Source: an uncultured Syntrophomonadaceae bacterium (GTDB taxonomy: Bacteria; Bacillota; Dethiobacteria; DTU022). Taken from it: DNA of 64,000 bases. The notes beneath the pieces were generated by a model, which was not told where the DNA came from, searched no databases, and saw only the letters and a program-made list of their open reading frames with translations. Location: positions 1,256 to 65,255 of the forward strand of contig CAYXKD010000006.1 in NCBI GenBank assembly GCA_964464625.1, given 5' to 3'. Of this stretch, positions 39,764 to 49,083 are shown one piece after another. The position numbers and the translations under genes are program-made. Numbering within the stretch: position 1 is the first letter of the stretch; each line of letters begins with the position of its first letter.

Positions 39764-40626
39764 AAGCAGAAGGGGAAAAAGGTTTTAAGCTTTATCGGCA
39801 CGGTAAAATTCAATACCTGCAATCACCGCTTCTGGCAGGCTGTCCCGGTGTTGTTCATGCCTTTTCTACACGAGTGGGCGGCTGCAGCGAGGGGGCGATG
39901 GCCTCGTTGAATACCGCTTTTCATACCGGCGATGAGTACAGCTGCGTTTGCGAAAACCGGCGCCGTTTTTTGGAGCCCTGGGGTTTTCGTCCCGATGAAG
40001 TTGTCGCCGCCATCCAGGTGCATGGAGTCAATATCTGCGAAGCTCTCCCGGGTGATCGGGGGCGCGGCGCCGTGCCCCGCAGTTTTCTGGGAGAGGGTGA
40101 CGCCCTGGTGACAGCGGTGCCTCACCTGCCGCTAACGGGATATGCCGCCGACTGCCCCCTGCTCTTTATCGCCGCCCCCGATGTGGCTGCAGTGGCGCTG
40201 GCCCATGCCGGCTGGCGCGGTACGCTGCAGAACATGGCGGAGCGGGTTATTGGACGGCTTTATGATCGCTTTGGGGCTGATCCCGCCTCCATGCTGGTGG
40301 CTATCAGTCCGGGGATCTGCGGCCGCTGTTACACCGTTGAAAGGAGCGTTGCCGCCAGTTTTATCGAGGCCGGCTGGAGCGGCCCCCCCTATCTCTGGGA
40401 GTCTTCCTGCGGCGGTTTTCACCTGGACCTGGCAGCTATCAATGCGGTCCAGCTTCGCTCCGCCGGGATTGAAAAAGAAAACATGGCCCCCGGCGTTGAC
40501 TGGTGCACCTCCTGCAAGCCCGGGCTTTTTTATTCCTACCGGCGGGAAAAGGGTAAGACCGGCAGGATGATGGGCCTTATTGCTTTGCAGAAGCAGTCTT
40601 CCACCGGGAAGGCGGTAAAAATTTGA
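39760..40626 (+). CDS. pgeF: PgeF/YlmD purine nucleoside phosphorylase-like (peptidoglycan editing) protein
   Basis: [36 protein letters not shown]. Confidence 0.9.
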   Translation: MKAEGEKGFKLYRHGKIQYLQSPLLAGCPGVVHAFSTRVGGCSEGAMASLNTAFHTGDEYSCVCENRRRFLEPWGFRPDEVVAAIQVHGVNICEALPGDRGRGAVPRSFLGEGDALVTAVPHLPLTGYAADCPLLFIAAPDVAAVALAHAGWRGTLQNMAERVIGRLYDRFGADPASMLVAISPGICGRCYTVERSVAASFIEAGWSGPPYLWESSCGGFHLDLAAINAVQLRSAGIEKENMAPGVDWCTSCKPGLFYSYRREKGKTGRMMGLIALQKQSSTGKAVKI

Positions 40627-41777
40627 GCCGGCGCCGCCGCACTGCATCGGGAGGCCCCTCTCATGAGCGTCTGGAGGTGCTGCCGGGAGGGGGGCGCCGC
40701 TTTGCCCACTTCAAGCGGGCGGCAGTGTTCTACATAATCATCGCCCTGACTGCCCTGCTGGTTTTGCAGGCAGGTTACCACTGGATGGGGCCTCTTATTC
40801 TGGCCAGGAGGCTGCAGATAGTATCTGCGGTGGAGGGCTTCATGGAGCAGAGGACGGAAGTGGAGGGGATGTTTGCCAGCCGGGAACTGCTACTCAGGGC
40901 GCCCTGCTCCGGGATTATTGTGGAGCTGGCCCCGGCCGGGGAGAGAGCCGCCGCCGGGACCAGAGCTGCCGTTCTGGCGCCGCTTACAGCTGTGGAGCAG
41001 CAGAAACTTCTGGAAGAAGAAGAGGTAATTCGGGAAAAAATTTGGGACAGGATCAAAGCCTGGCTATTTCGCATGATAGGCGGTAAGGAGGAGAAGGAGC
41101 GGGAAGAAGAGCAGTTGATCATAGCGGGGGAGCTGCCTTCCTGGCTTCAGGAGAGGATGGAGCTGGTTTTACCCGAAGCGGGGCTGCTGCTGCATCAGCT
41201 GGACGGTTGGGAGAATACCGGGGAGGATCTTTACCTGACCTCCGAACAGTATTCTGCTGCCGCGAAAGAACCCTGTGAAGCGGTTGTGGGCCTTTACGTG
41301 GAACAGGATCAGCCCTTCCTCAAACTTGTCGATAACTGGCAGTTGTCTTATCATGTTTTGCTGCCCCTCGAACCAGGCAGGATTGCTGCTGCCAGGGATG
41401 AGGTCTACCTTGAATTCAACTTTGCACCGGGGCAACCTGTCCTTGCCCGACTTTTGTCCGTTGAAATCGATGGCGAAAAAGAGGAGGTTCGCCTGGACTA
41501 CCGGATAAGCAGGCAGCTCTTCGGGTTTGAGAACCTTCGCCGGGCAGAGGCAGATCTGATTTTAGGGCGGCAGGAAGGGTTGATTATACCGGCCACAGCC
41601 CTGGTGGATAGGGAAGGGGCCCAGGGAGTTTTTCTAAACCAGGGGGGAAGGGTCAAGTTTAATGAAATTGTGGTGATCATGATCCAGGAGGGAGAGGCTC
41701 TTGTTGATGGACTGGAGCCGGGCAGTCTTGTTATCGCGCGGCCCGAACTTGTTGAGGAGGGCCAGCGCCTGAATTGA
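40623..41777 (+). CDS. Membrane-anchored HlyD/periplasmic-adaptor-like hypothetical protein
   Basis: N-terminal TM, lipoyl-like APCSG..V, a coiled segment, beta-barrel KLVDN, and C-terminal GLIIPATAL...GVFL...GLEPG typical of adaptor membrane-proximal domains. Confidence 0.65.
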   Translation: MSRRRRTASGGPSHERLEVLPGGGRRFAHFKRAAVFYIIIALTALLVLQAGYHWMGPLILARRLQIVSAVEGFMEQRTEVEGMFASRELLLRAPCSGIIVELAPAGERAAAGTRAAVLAPLTAVEQQKLLEEEEVIREKIWDRIKAWLFRMIGGKEEKEREEEQLIIAGELPSWLQERMELVLPEAGLLLHQLDGWENTGEDLYLTSEQYSAAAKEPCEAVVGLYVEQDQPFLKLVDNWQLSYHVLLPLEPGRIAAARDEVYLEFNFAPGQPVLARLLSVEIDGEKEEVRLDYRISRQLFGFENLRRAEADLILGRQEGLIIPATALVDREGAQGVFLNQGGRVKFNEIVVIMIQEGEALVDGLEPGSLVIARPELVEEGQRLN

Positions 41778-41783
41778 TGCCGC

Positions 41784-41812
41784 TTCAGAACGGTTGAGCT
41801 ATGAGGTATAAT
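41784..41812 (+). promoter_or_regulatory. sigma-A promoter of yggS
   Basis: TTCAGA-17 nt-TATAAT. Confidence 0.55.
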
Positions 41813-41850
41813 GTAGGAAGTTAAGAGGATTCCGGAAAAAGGGTGGAACA

Positions 41851-42528
41851 TTGATGCTGGCGAATAATTTGAAGGAGATTCAAAAAAAGATTGACGCCGC
41901 TGCGCTTCGTGCCGGCCGTTCTCCATCGGAGATCCGCCTGGTGGCGGTGACAAAGACTGTGGGCCCTGATGAGATCCGCCGGGCAGCGGCGCTGGGTTTG
42001 CGTGACTTCGGGGAGAACCGCCTTCAGGAGGCGAAACCGAAGCTGCAACTTTTTCCAGAGCTGCGCTGGCACTTTATCGGCCACCTGCAGACGAACAAGG
42101 TCAAAGATGTGCTGAAGGCTTTTAGCCTGATACACTCGCTGGATCGCTTATCCCTGGCCAGGGAGCTGGAGCGGCGGGCCGGGCGCCTCGATAGTGAGGT
42201 CCGCTGCCTGGTGCAGATAAATATTTCCGGTGAAAAAAGCAAGTTTGGCCTTGAAGAGGCTGAACTTGGAGATTTCCTGGAGGCAATGCGCGATTATTCC
42301 AGGATCAAGATAGAAGGCCTTATGACCATGGCCCCTTACCATGCAGAGCCCGCCGAGGCGAGGCTGCTGTTCCGCCGCCTGCGCCGGCTGCAAAAGATTC
42401 ATGCCCGCCCGGAAATGAAGTTGAAGGAGCTCTCCATGGGAATGACCAATGACTATACTGTTGCTGTGGAGGAAGGAGCTACCATGCTGCGCATAGGCAC
42501 TGCTCTTTTCGGAGAACGAAGAGGATGA
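41851..42528 (+). CDS. yggS: PLP homeostasis protein YggS/YlmE
   Basis: LVAVTK, FGENRLQE, WHFIGHLQTNKVK, GLMTM, LSMGMT.DY..AVEEGATMLRIG. Confidence 0.96.
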   Translation: MMLANNLKEIQKKIDAAALRAGRSPSEIRLVAVTKTVGPDEIRRAAALGLRDFGENRLQEAKPKLQLFPELRWHFIGHLQTNKVKDVLKAFSLIHSLDRLSLARELERRAGRLDSEVRCLVQINISGEKSKFGLEEAELGDFLEAMRDYSRIKIEGLMTMAPYHAEPAEARLLFRRLRRLQKIHARPEMKLKELSMGMTNDYTVAVEEGATMLRIGTALFGERRG

Positions 42529-42545
42529 CAGGCAGGTGAAATAGA

Positions 42546-42827
42546 ATCGAAATAATTGGCAATGGCCTTTTGATCTTTCTCCAGATTTATGTGTATGTGA
42601 TCCTTGGCCGGATCATCCTTTCCTGGTTTCAGGGCTCATTCTATAACAGTCCTTTTCTTTACCAGATTTTTCGGTTCTGTTATGTCCTTACGGAGCCGCT
42701 GATGGCGCCGCTGCGCCGGATCATTCCCCCCATGCGAATGGGCGCAGGCTACATGGACCTGTCGCCAATTATATTATGGATGCTTCTACTGGTAGCCCGG
42801 CAGCTTATAGTGCGTTTCTTATTTTGA
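42546..42827 (+). CDS. ylmG: YggT/YlmG membrane protein
   Basis: RIILSW...TEPLMAPLRRIIP...DLSPII. The start is uncertain: ATC at 42546 behind AGGTGA, or TTG at 42570. Confidence 0.88.
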   Translation: MEIIGNGLLIFLQIYVYVILGRIILSWFQGSFYNSPFLYQIFRFCYVLTEPLMAPLRRIIPPMRMGAGYMDLSPIILWMLLLVARQLIVRFLF

Positions 42828-42852
42828 ATTCTCCCAGGGAGGTATCAGGCAG

Positions 42853-43215
42853 ATGAAGGGCAAAAAAACCGGCCTTTCCGCTGTTGAAGGGGAAGAGGAG
42901 AGGGCAATCAGGCCTGCCGGTGATCACGGTTTTGCGGCGGTTTCGGAGGGAAAAGAGATAAAGGGAACGGTGGCTGCCCTGCGTCTCGACGCAGTGCTGG
43001 CGCTCGGCTTCGGCCTCTCCAGGTCCCGGGCGGTAGCATTGATAAAGGGTGGCCTTGTCCAGGTGAAGGGGCGCCCTGTAGAGACGCCTTCCCGACGGCT
43101 GAATGAGGGTGATCTTATCTCACTAAGCGGGCGGGGCGGCCTGGAGATAACCGCCCTGACAGGAGAAAGCCGTAAAGGAAGGCAGTGCCTAATACTTAAA
43201 AAATTTAACAAATAG
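42853..43215 (+). CDS. ylmH: YlmH-like S4 RNA-binding protein, C-terminal domain only
   Basis: RLDAVLA.GFGLSRS...V.V.G....PS..L.EGDLIS.SGRG...SRKGR. Only 120 aa. RBS GGGAGG present. Confidence 0.75.
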   Translation: MKGKKTGLSAVEGEEERAIRPAGDHGFAAVSEGKEIKGTVAALRLDAVLALGFGLSRSRAVALIKGGLVQVKGRPVETPSRRLNEGDLISLSGRGGLEITALTGESRKGRQCLILKKFNK

Positions 43216-43242
43216 GCAGGAACAGGCTGAACATTGTCGAAA
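43216..43242 (+). promoter_or_regulatory. Putative sigma-H promoter / Spo0A box upstream of divIVA
   Basis: GCAGGAACA-11 nt-GTCGAAA. The -10 overlaps a perfect 0A box, TGTCGAA (43235-43241). Confidence 0.55.
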
Positions 43243-43299
43243 GTTTAAAACGATTACATGTATATAATAAAAATGTTTTGAAACAGGGGAGGAAAAAGG

Positions 43300-43764
43300 A
43301 TGGCTTTAACACCGATGGATATTCACAATAAAGAGTTTGCGCACTCTTTTCGCGGTTATGTTGTTGAAGAAGTCAACGAATTCCTGGATCGTGTAGCCAA
43401 GGATTTTGAGCAGGTCCTCCGGGAAAACATCGAGCTTAGGGACCAGCAGAACCAGTTGACTGACAAGATGAAAAGCTATCAAAAGCTTGAAGAGACCATG
43501 CATAATGCCATTGTCATTGCTCAGGAAGCTGCCGAAGAGGTGAAGCAGACAGCCAAGCGCGAAGCCGATCTTATTCGCCGGGAGGCTGACCGCGAGGCGC
43601 AGCAGATTCTGGAGGATGCCCGATACCGGGCCAGCAAAATTTTAACGGAACATGATGAGATCATCAAACAGGCTCAGGTTTTTAAAATGCGTTTTCGTGC
43701 CTTTGTCGAGGCGCAGCTTGCGTCGCTGGAAATGGAGGAATGGATCCCGCCTACACAACAGTAG
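43300..43764 (+). CDS. divIVA: DivIVA
   Basis: LTPMDIHNKEF..SFRGY..EEVNEFLD, then a long coiled coil. Confidence 0.95.
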   Translation: MALTPMDIHNKEFAHSFRGYVVEEVNEFLDRVAKDFEQVLRENIELRDQQNQLTDKMKSYQKLEETMHNAIVIAQEAAEEVKQTAKREADLIRREADREAQQILEDARYRASKILTEHDEIIKQAQVFKMRFRAFVEAQLASLEMEEWIPPTQQ

Positions 43765-43851
43765 TTCGAAAAGCTTCGATTGCATTTCCCTTGTCAGCGA
43801 TCCTGATTAAAAGGTTAATACAGAGTGTCTGTAAAACCCGGCGCATAAGGA

Positions 43852-43880
43852 TTGATCGTTCAGGGTAAGATTGTTATAAT
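43852..43880 (+). promoter_or_regulatory. sigma-A promoter of the ileS leader
   Basis: TTGATC-17 nt-TATAAT with extended TG. Confidence 0.75.
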
Positions 43881-43899
43881 TTAAATTAAGTTTTACAAT

Positions 43900-44157
43900 A
43901 AAGCGGCGATGAACGGGCCAGTAAGCTGCAGAATATTTCTTTAAGAGAGCCGGGAACAGGTGCGAGCCCGGTGAAATGCTGCTGCTGAAAATCCCCCGGG
44001 AGTTCCCCTGAGAAATCCTTAGGGATAGTAGACAGGGGCGGGCCCACCGTTAGAGGGCAACCGTAGAGAGGCCGCCGGGGGTGCCGGACCGGCGGCTATA
44101 AGGGTGGTACCGCGGGAGCAATCTCGTCCCTAAATCGAAAAGGGAGGAGATTTTTTT
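43900..44157 (+). ncRNA. T-box riboswitch (Ile specifier)
   Basis: AGAGAGC and GGTG motifs, specifier GAAA-ATC (AUC, Ile) at 43991-43993, T-box AGGGTGGTACCGCG at 44101-44114, terminator hairpin 44120-44157. Confidence 0.93.
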
Positions 44158-44186
44158 ATAGCACAGTCAGGCAGGAGGCTTCTGAA

Positions 44187-46949
44187 ATGAAGGATCAGGA
44201 TTACCGCGAGACATTGAATCTACCCCGCACAGATTTCCCCATGCGGGCGCAACTACCACGGCGGGAGCCGGAAATATTAAGCTACTGGAACAGGATGGAG
44301 ATTTACGACAGGGTGCAGCGTTTGCGGCGGGGAGGACCGCAGTATATTCTGCATGACGGCCCTCCCTATGCCAACAACGACATTCACATGGGCACTGCCC
44401 TGAACAAGGTGCTCAAAGATTTCATAGTAAAATACAAGACCATGCGCGGTTTTGACAGCCCCTATGTGCCCGGTTGGGATACGCACGGGCTGCCCATTGA
44501 ACACCAGATTATTAAAACCAGGGGGGTTAACCGTAAGGAGATTTCACCCCTGGAGTTCCGGCGGATGTGTCGTGACTATGCACTGGAATATGTGGCTATC
44601 CAGCGGGATCAATTTCGTCGTCTGGGGGTGCGGGGCTGCTGGGAAGACCCCTACCTGACCCTGGCGCACGCTTACGAGGCCCGTCAGATCGCCGTTTTCG
44701 GGGAAATGGTCTCGCGCGGTTATATATATAAGGGCCTCCGGCCTGTTTACTGGTGTCCCCGATGTGAAACCGCCCTGGCCGAGGCCGAGGTGGAATATGG
44801 CGATCACCGCACTGATTCCATCTATGTGAAGTTTCCGGTGGTGGAGGATCGCGGTCTGCTGGAGGGGGCGGAGGGATGTTACTGTCTCATCTGGACGACA
44901 ACAGCATGGACGATCCCCGCCAACCTGGCTATCTGTATTCATCCTCATCTTGATTATGTGCTTGCCGGCGCAGGTGATGAAAGATATCTTCTCGCTGAAG
45001 AGCTGCTCGAAAACGTCAGCAGTGAAACTGGAGGCGGCTCCTGGAAGGTACTGCGCCGCTTTAAAGGGCAGGAACTGGAGGGGGTTGTCTGCCGTCATCC
45101 CCTTTATGACAGGGAATCACCGCTGATTTTAGGCGATCATGTTACACTGGAGCAGGGGACCGGCTGCGTGCACACCGCTCCCGGGCACGGCCTGGAGGAC
45201 TATGATGTGGGTCGTCTCTACCGTCTGCCCGTGCTCAGCCCCATTGATGACAAGGGGGTATTTACCGGTGAGGCGGGCGAGTTTGCCGGAATGTCCTATG
45301 CCGCCGGCGGTGAAGCGGTGGTCCGGGCGCTGGAGCGTGAAGGGGTATTGATGAAAGCTTCTCCCTATGAACACCAGTACCCCCACTGCTGGCGCTGCAA
45401 GGAACCTGTTCTTTTCCGGGCTACGGAGCAGTGGTTTGCCTCCATCGATGGATTTCGCAGGGAGGCCCTGGAGGCTGTTCGAAAAGTCAGGTGGACTCCT
45501 GCCTGGGGTGAAGAGCGGATCTACAATATGATATCCGAACGGCAGGACTGGTGCATTTCGCGTCAGCGGATCTGGGGCGTACCCATTCCAATTTTCTATT
45601 GCCAGGCCTGCAATGAAGCGATTATCGATCCCCGGGTCATTGCTGCGGTATCCGCCCTTTTCAGCAGGGAGGGTTCCGACGCCTGGTATGCCCGGGAGGC
45701 GGAGGAGATCTTGCCGCCGGGTTACAGCTGCCCTGCCTGCGGTGGCGGCACCTTCCGCAAGGAACATGACACCATGGATGTATGGTTCGATTCGGGGACA
45801 AGCCATTTTGCCGTCCTTGAGGGGCGTCCTGAGCTGCGCTGGCCGGCTGATCTCTACCTTGAGGGGAGCGATCAATACCGGGGCTGGTTTCACTCATCGC
45901 TGCTTACTGCGGTGGCGGTGCGCGGGGAGCCCCCCTACCGTGCTGTGCTCAGCCACGGCTGGGTGGTTGACGGTGATGGCAGGAAGATGTCCAAGTCGCT
46001 GGGCAATGTCATCGCTCCCTCGGAAATCATTGAAGATTACGGCGCCGACATCCTGCGACTCTGGGTAGCATCCTCGGATTACACCAATGATATTCACCTC
46101 TCCACGGAGATCCTGAAGCAACTTTCCGAGGTTTACCGGAAAATCCGCAATACCTGCCGTTTTCTGCTGGGAAACTGTTTTGATTTCGATCCCTCATCGG
46201 AGGCTGTTGAATACCGATCCCTGGCAGAATTTGACCGCTGGGTACTGCAGAGGCTGGGCCTGCTCATCAAGCGGGTTACGCAGTCTTATGAAGATAATGC
46301 TTACCATATGGTCTATCAGGCGCTGCACAATTTTTGCACCGTGGACCTGAGCAACTTTTATCTTGATGTGCAGAAAGATCGCCTCTATTGTTCAGCGGCG
46401 GATGATCAGGCGCGCCGCGCTGTTCAGACGGTGATGATGACCGTTCTGGAAAGCCTCACCAGGCTCATGGCCCCTGTGCTCACCTTTACCGCCGAGGAGC
46501 TCTGGCAGCAGCTGCCTGGCGAGCGGGAGCCCAGCGTGCAGCTTGCCTCTTGGCCCGAGGTAGATCCCCATTGGGATGATGCGGAGCTGGGGCGGTGTTG
46601 GGATGAACTGCTGGCGGTGCGGGATGAAGTCACCCGTATTCTTGAGGAGGCACGCCGTGAAAAGCTCATCGGCGGCTCCCTGGAGGCCGCCCTGATCCTT
46701 TGGGCTGATGGTGAAACCTACAGGCTTCTCCATCGTTACCGGGAGCAGCTGGCGGAGATCTTCATTGTCTCCACTGTGGAGCTTCGCGAAGGGCTGGATC
46801 AGGCTCCGCAGGGAACGGGCAGCGCCCAGGAGATGCCGCTAAAACTTCACGTAGCCAGGGCGCCGGCGGCAAAATGCCCCCGCTGCTGGATCTATGCTGC
46901 GCCGGCCGAGAACGCCCTTTGTCCCCGCTGCAGTTCCCTTTTGGAGTAA
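44187..46949 (+). CDS. ileS: Isoleucyl-tRNA synthetase (type 1)
   Basis: TLNLP.TDFPMR, HDGPPYAN, GWDTHGLPIE, WTTT, GTGCVHTAPGHG, DWCISRQR, KMSKS, C-terminal CPRC...CPRC zinc site. Confidence 0.98.
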   Translation: MKDQDYRETLNLPRTDFPMRAQLPRREPEILSYWNRMEIYDRVQRLRRGGPQYILHDGPPYANNDIHMGTALNKVLKDFIVKYKTMRGFDSPYVPGWDTHGLPIEHQIIKTRGVNRKEISPLEFRRMCRDYALEYVAIQRDQFRRLGVRGCWEDPYLTLAHAYEARQIAVFGEMVSRGYIYKGLRPVYWCPRCETALAEAEVEYGDHRTDSIYVKFPVVEDRGLLEGAEGCYCLIWTTTAWTIPANLAICIHPHLDYVLAGAGDERYLLAEELLENVSSETGGGSWKVLRRFKGQELEGVVCRHPLYDRESPLILGDHVTLEQGTGCVHTAPGHGLEDYDVGRLYRLPVLSPIDDKGVFTGEAGEFAGMSYAAGGEAVVRALEREGVLMKASPYEHQYPHCWRCKEPVLFRATEQWFASIDGFRREALEAVRKVRWTPAWGEERIYNMISERQDWCISRQRIWGVPIPIFYCQACNEAIIDPRVIAAVSALFSREGSDAWYAREAEEILPPGYSCPACGGGTFRKEHDTMDVWFDSGTSHFAVLEGRPELRWPADLYLEGSDQYRGWFHSSLLTAVAVRGEPPYRAVLSHGWVVDGDGRKMSKSLGNVIAPSEIIEDYGADILRLWVASSDYTNDIHLSTEILKQLSEVYRKIRNTCRFLLGNCFDFDPSSEAVEYRSLAEFDRWVLQRLGLLIKRVTQSYEDNAYHMVYQALHNFCTVDLSNFYLDVQKDRLYCSAADDQARRAVQTVMMTVLESLTRLMAPVLTFTAEELWQQLPGEREPSVQLASWPEVDPHWDDAELGRCWDELLAVRDEVTRILEEARREKLIGGSLEAALILWADGETYRLLHRYREQLAEIFIVSTVELREGLDQAPQGTGSAQEMPLKLHVARAPAAKCPRCWIYAAPAENALCPRCSSLLE

Positions 46950-47122
46950 AGGTGCAGGCTGGAGCTTAGAGGCATGGGGAAAGGATCATCAAGCAATGCA
47001 TCTGTTATCCAGGGGCAAAAGGATCCCCGGGATATCAGCATCATGACTGTTCTGCGGAGCAAAGTGATGTAGCCGGGTTAGCTCCCGGTGTTTCGGGATT
47101 AACAGGTTGCACTGTAAAAGCA

Positions 47123-47165
47123 CCGGGGTGTCCCTCTTTTGGGACAGCCCCGGATCACTGTTTTT
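47123..47165 (+). terminator. GC-rich hairpin, probable terminator after ileS
   Basis: CCGGGGTGTCCC-TCTTTT-GGGACAGCCCCGG, with a T run 7 nt downstream. Confidence 0.5.
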
Positions 47166-47330
47166 AAGCCGCAAAATGCTCCAGGCAGCAACAATAATGA
47201 GTCAGTCTTGAAAAAACACTGAATCCGGTTCTGCCCGAGGTCGCCATTGCGTTACTATCGGGATCGAGCAAAGCCCCTTCCAGGATCAATCCGCCTACAT
47301 TAAGAGGTAATATTTCCAAAATATCGAACA

Positions 47331-47358
47331 GAAGGTATTAATATAGAGCAGGTCGAAT
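47331..47358 (+). promoter_or_regulatory. Putative sigma-H promoter of the acyl-CoA ligase
   Basis: GAAGGTATT-12 nt-GTCGAAT. Confidence 0.55.
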
Positions 47359-47397
47359 AGAGAAGGCTATCCATAAAAGATAAGGAGGTTCTGAATC

Positions 47398-49026
47398 ATG
47401 ACGGAGCGGCCCTGGCTGAAAAACTATCCTGTCCGCTGGAACCTGGATTATCCAAGGATCTCTCTTTACGAACATATCAGGCGGAGTACGGCGGAAAATA
47501 GTGATCTTATCGCACTTGTTTTTTTCAGCAAGGAAATTAGCTTTCGCCAGATGCAGGAGAATATTGACCGGATGGCGGCGGCGTTTACAGATCTGGGTCT
47601 GTTGAAAGGGGATCGCGTCGCCCTCATGCTTCCCAACTGTCCTGAATATGTGTACAGCTACTATGCCGCTATGAAGATCGGCGCCATTGTTGTTCAGTTG
47701 AACCCTCTGTATAAGCGGGAGGAGATAGAGTTTATCCTCAAGGATTCAGGAGCAAAAATTTTTATCGGCATTGATGCGGCGGTAGAATCTTTTCAGGAGG
47801 CGCGGAGGGGGGCGAAGCTGGATCATGTGATCATTGTCCGCTTCACCGGAGCTGAGGTAGCCGGTGAAAATCTCTGGTACGATGAATTGCTGGAGAAATA
47901 CCCTCCCCAATCGGAGGAAGCAAAAATCGATCCCGAAGAGGATGTGGCGGTATTCCAATACACAGGCGGGACCACGGGACTGCCGAAAGCGGCAATGCTA
48001 ACTCATTTTAACCTTGTGGCAAATGTTACCCAGATAAAAGAGTGGCTTAAAGAGTGGATTGAAATCAAATTAGCCGAAAAGATGAAGCAGCATTTTGGTA
48101 TTGGGATCCTGCCCTTTTTTCACTCCTACGGGATGACCTGTGTGATGAATACAGGCCTGGCACTTCCCATGGGGCAGGTGCTTCTACACCGTTTTGATAT
48201 GGAAGCCCTGCTGGAATCTGTTGTGAAATACAGGCCGGCCCTCTTTCCCGCTGTGCCTACAATCTATGCTGCCGTGGCAAATCATCCGCAGCTGGCCAGT
48301 TACGGAATCCACGGCGTGATTGAGATCTGCAACAGCGGTGCTGCGCCCATGCCTCTGGATGTGATGATGCGTTTTGAAAAGGAGACCGGTTCAAAAATTC
48401 TTGAGGGTTACGGTCTTACCGAGGCCTCGCCGGTAACTCACTGCAATCCATTGGGCAGCCTCCGCAAACCGGGCAGTGTGGGAATGCCCTACCCCGATAC
48501 TGATTGCCGGATCGTGGATCTGGCGGACGGAGTTACCGGTATGGCGGTGGGCGAAGAGGGCGAGCTGATTATTAAGGGGCCGCAGGTGATGAAAGGTTAC
48601 TGGAACCGCCCCGATGAGACGGCGGAGATTCTTCGTGACGGGTGGCTTTACACCGGTGATATAGCAAAAATGGATGAGCAGGGATATTTCTATATCGTTG
48701 ATCGAAAAAAAGATCTGGTTATCACCGGCGGTTACAATGTTTATCCACGCGAGGTCGATGAGGTTCTTTTCGATCATCCAAAGATTGCCGAGGCAGTAAC
48801 TATTGGCATTTCTGACGACTATTTTGGCGAGGTGCTCAAGGCTTTTGTCGTGCTCAAAGAGGGTGAAAGCGCCAGGGCGGAAGAGATTATAGAATTCTGT
48901 TCCGGGAAGCTTGCCCGCTACAAGGTGCCGCGCCAGGTTGAATTCCGGGCTGAACTGCCCAAAAGCGCCATTGGCAAGATCCTGCGCCGCGAATTGATTA
49001 AAGAGGAGGAGCAAAAAAAGGGTTAG
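47398..49026 (+). CDS. Long-chain-fatty-acid--CoA ligase (AMP-binding family)
   Basis: QYTGGTTGLPK, EGYGLTE, GWLYTGD, VDRKKD, GGYNVYPREV, LPKSAIGKILRR. FadD/LcfA-like. Confidence 0.9.
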   Translation: MTERPWLKNYPVRWNLDYPRISLYEHIRRSTAENSDLIALVFFSKEISFRQMQENIDRMAAAFTDLGLLKGDRVALMLPNCPEYVYSYYAAMKIGAIVVQLNPLYKREEIEFILKDSGAKIFIGIDAAVESFQEARRGAKLDHVIIVRFTGAEVAGENLWYDELLEKYPPQSEEAKIDPEEDVAVFQYTGGTTGLPKAAMLTHFNLVANVTQIKEWLKEWIEIKLAEKMKQHFGIGILPFFHSYGMTCVMNTGLALPMGQVLLHRFDMEALLESVVKYRPALFPAVPTIYAAVANHPQLASYGIHGVIEICNSGAAPMPLDVMMRFEKETGSKILEGYGLTEASPVTHCNPLGSLRKPGSVGMPYPDTDCRIVDLADGVTGMAVGEEGELIIKGPQVMKGYWNRPDETAEILRDGWLYTGDIAKMDEQGYFYIVDRKKDLVITGGYNVYPREVDEVLFDHPKIAEAVTIGISDDYFGEVLKAFVVLKEGESARAEEIIEFCSGKLARYKVPRQVEFRAELPKSAIGKILRRELIKEEEQKKG

Positions 49027-49083
49027 ATCCGCTGCCAGTCTGCGGCTCTGATCTTTTAGCAGTGAATTTTATGACCTGATTAT

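Noticed and set aside
44360-44420. IleRS HIGH motif reads HMGT
   Set aside because: Thr-containing variants are, to my knowledge, common in clostridial IleRS1, and I cannot infer any mupirocin phenotype.
46989-47174. 61-aa minus-strand ORF after ileS
   Set aside because: No motif or clear RBS; it spans hairpin-rich intergenic sequence.
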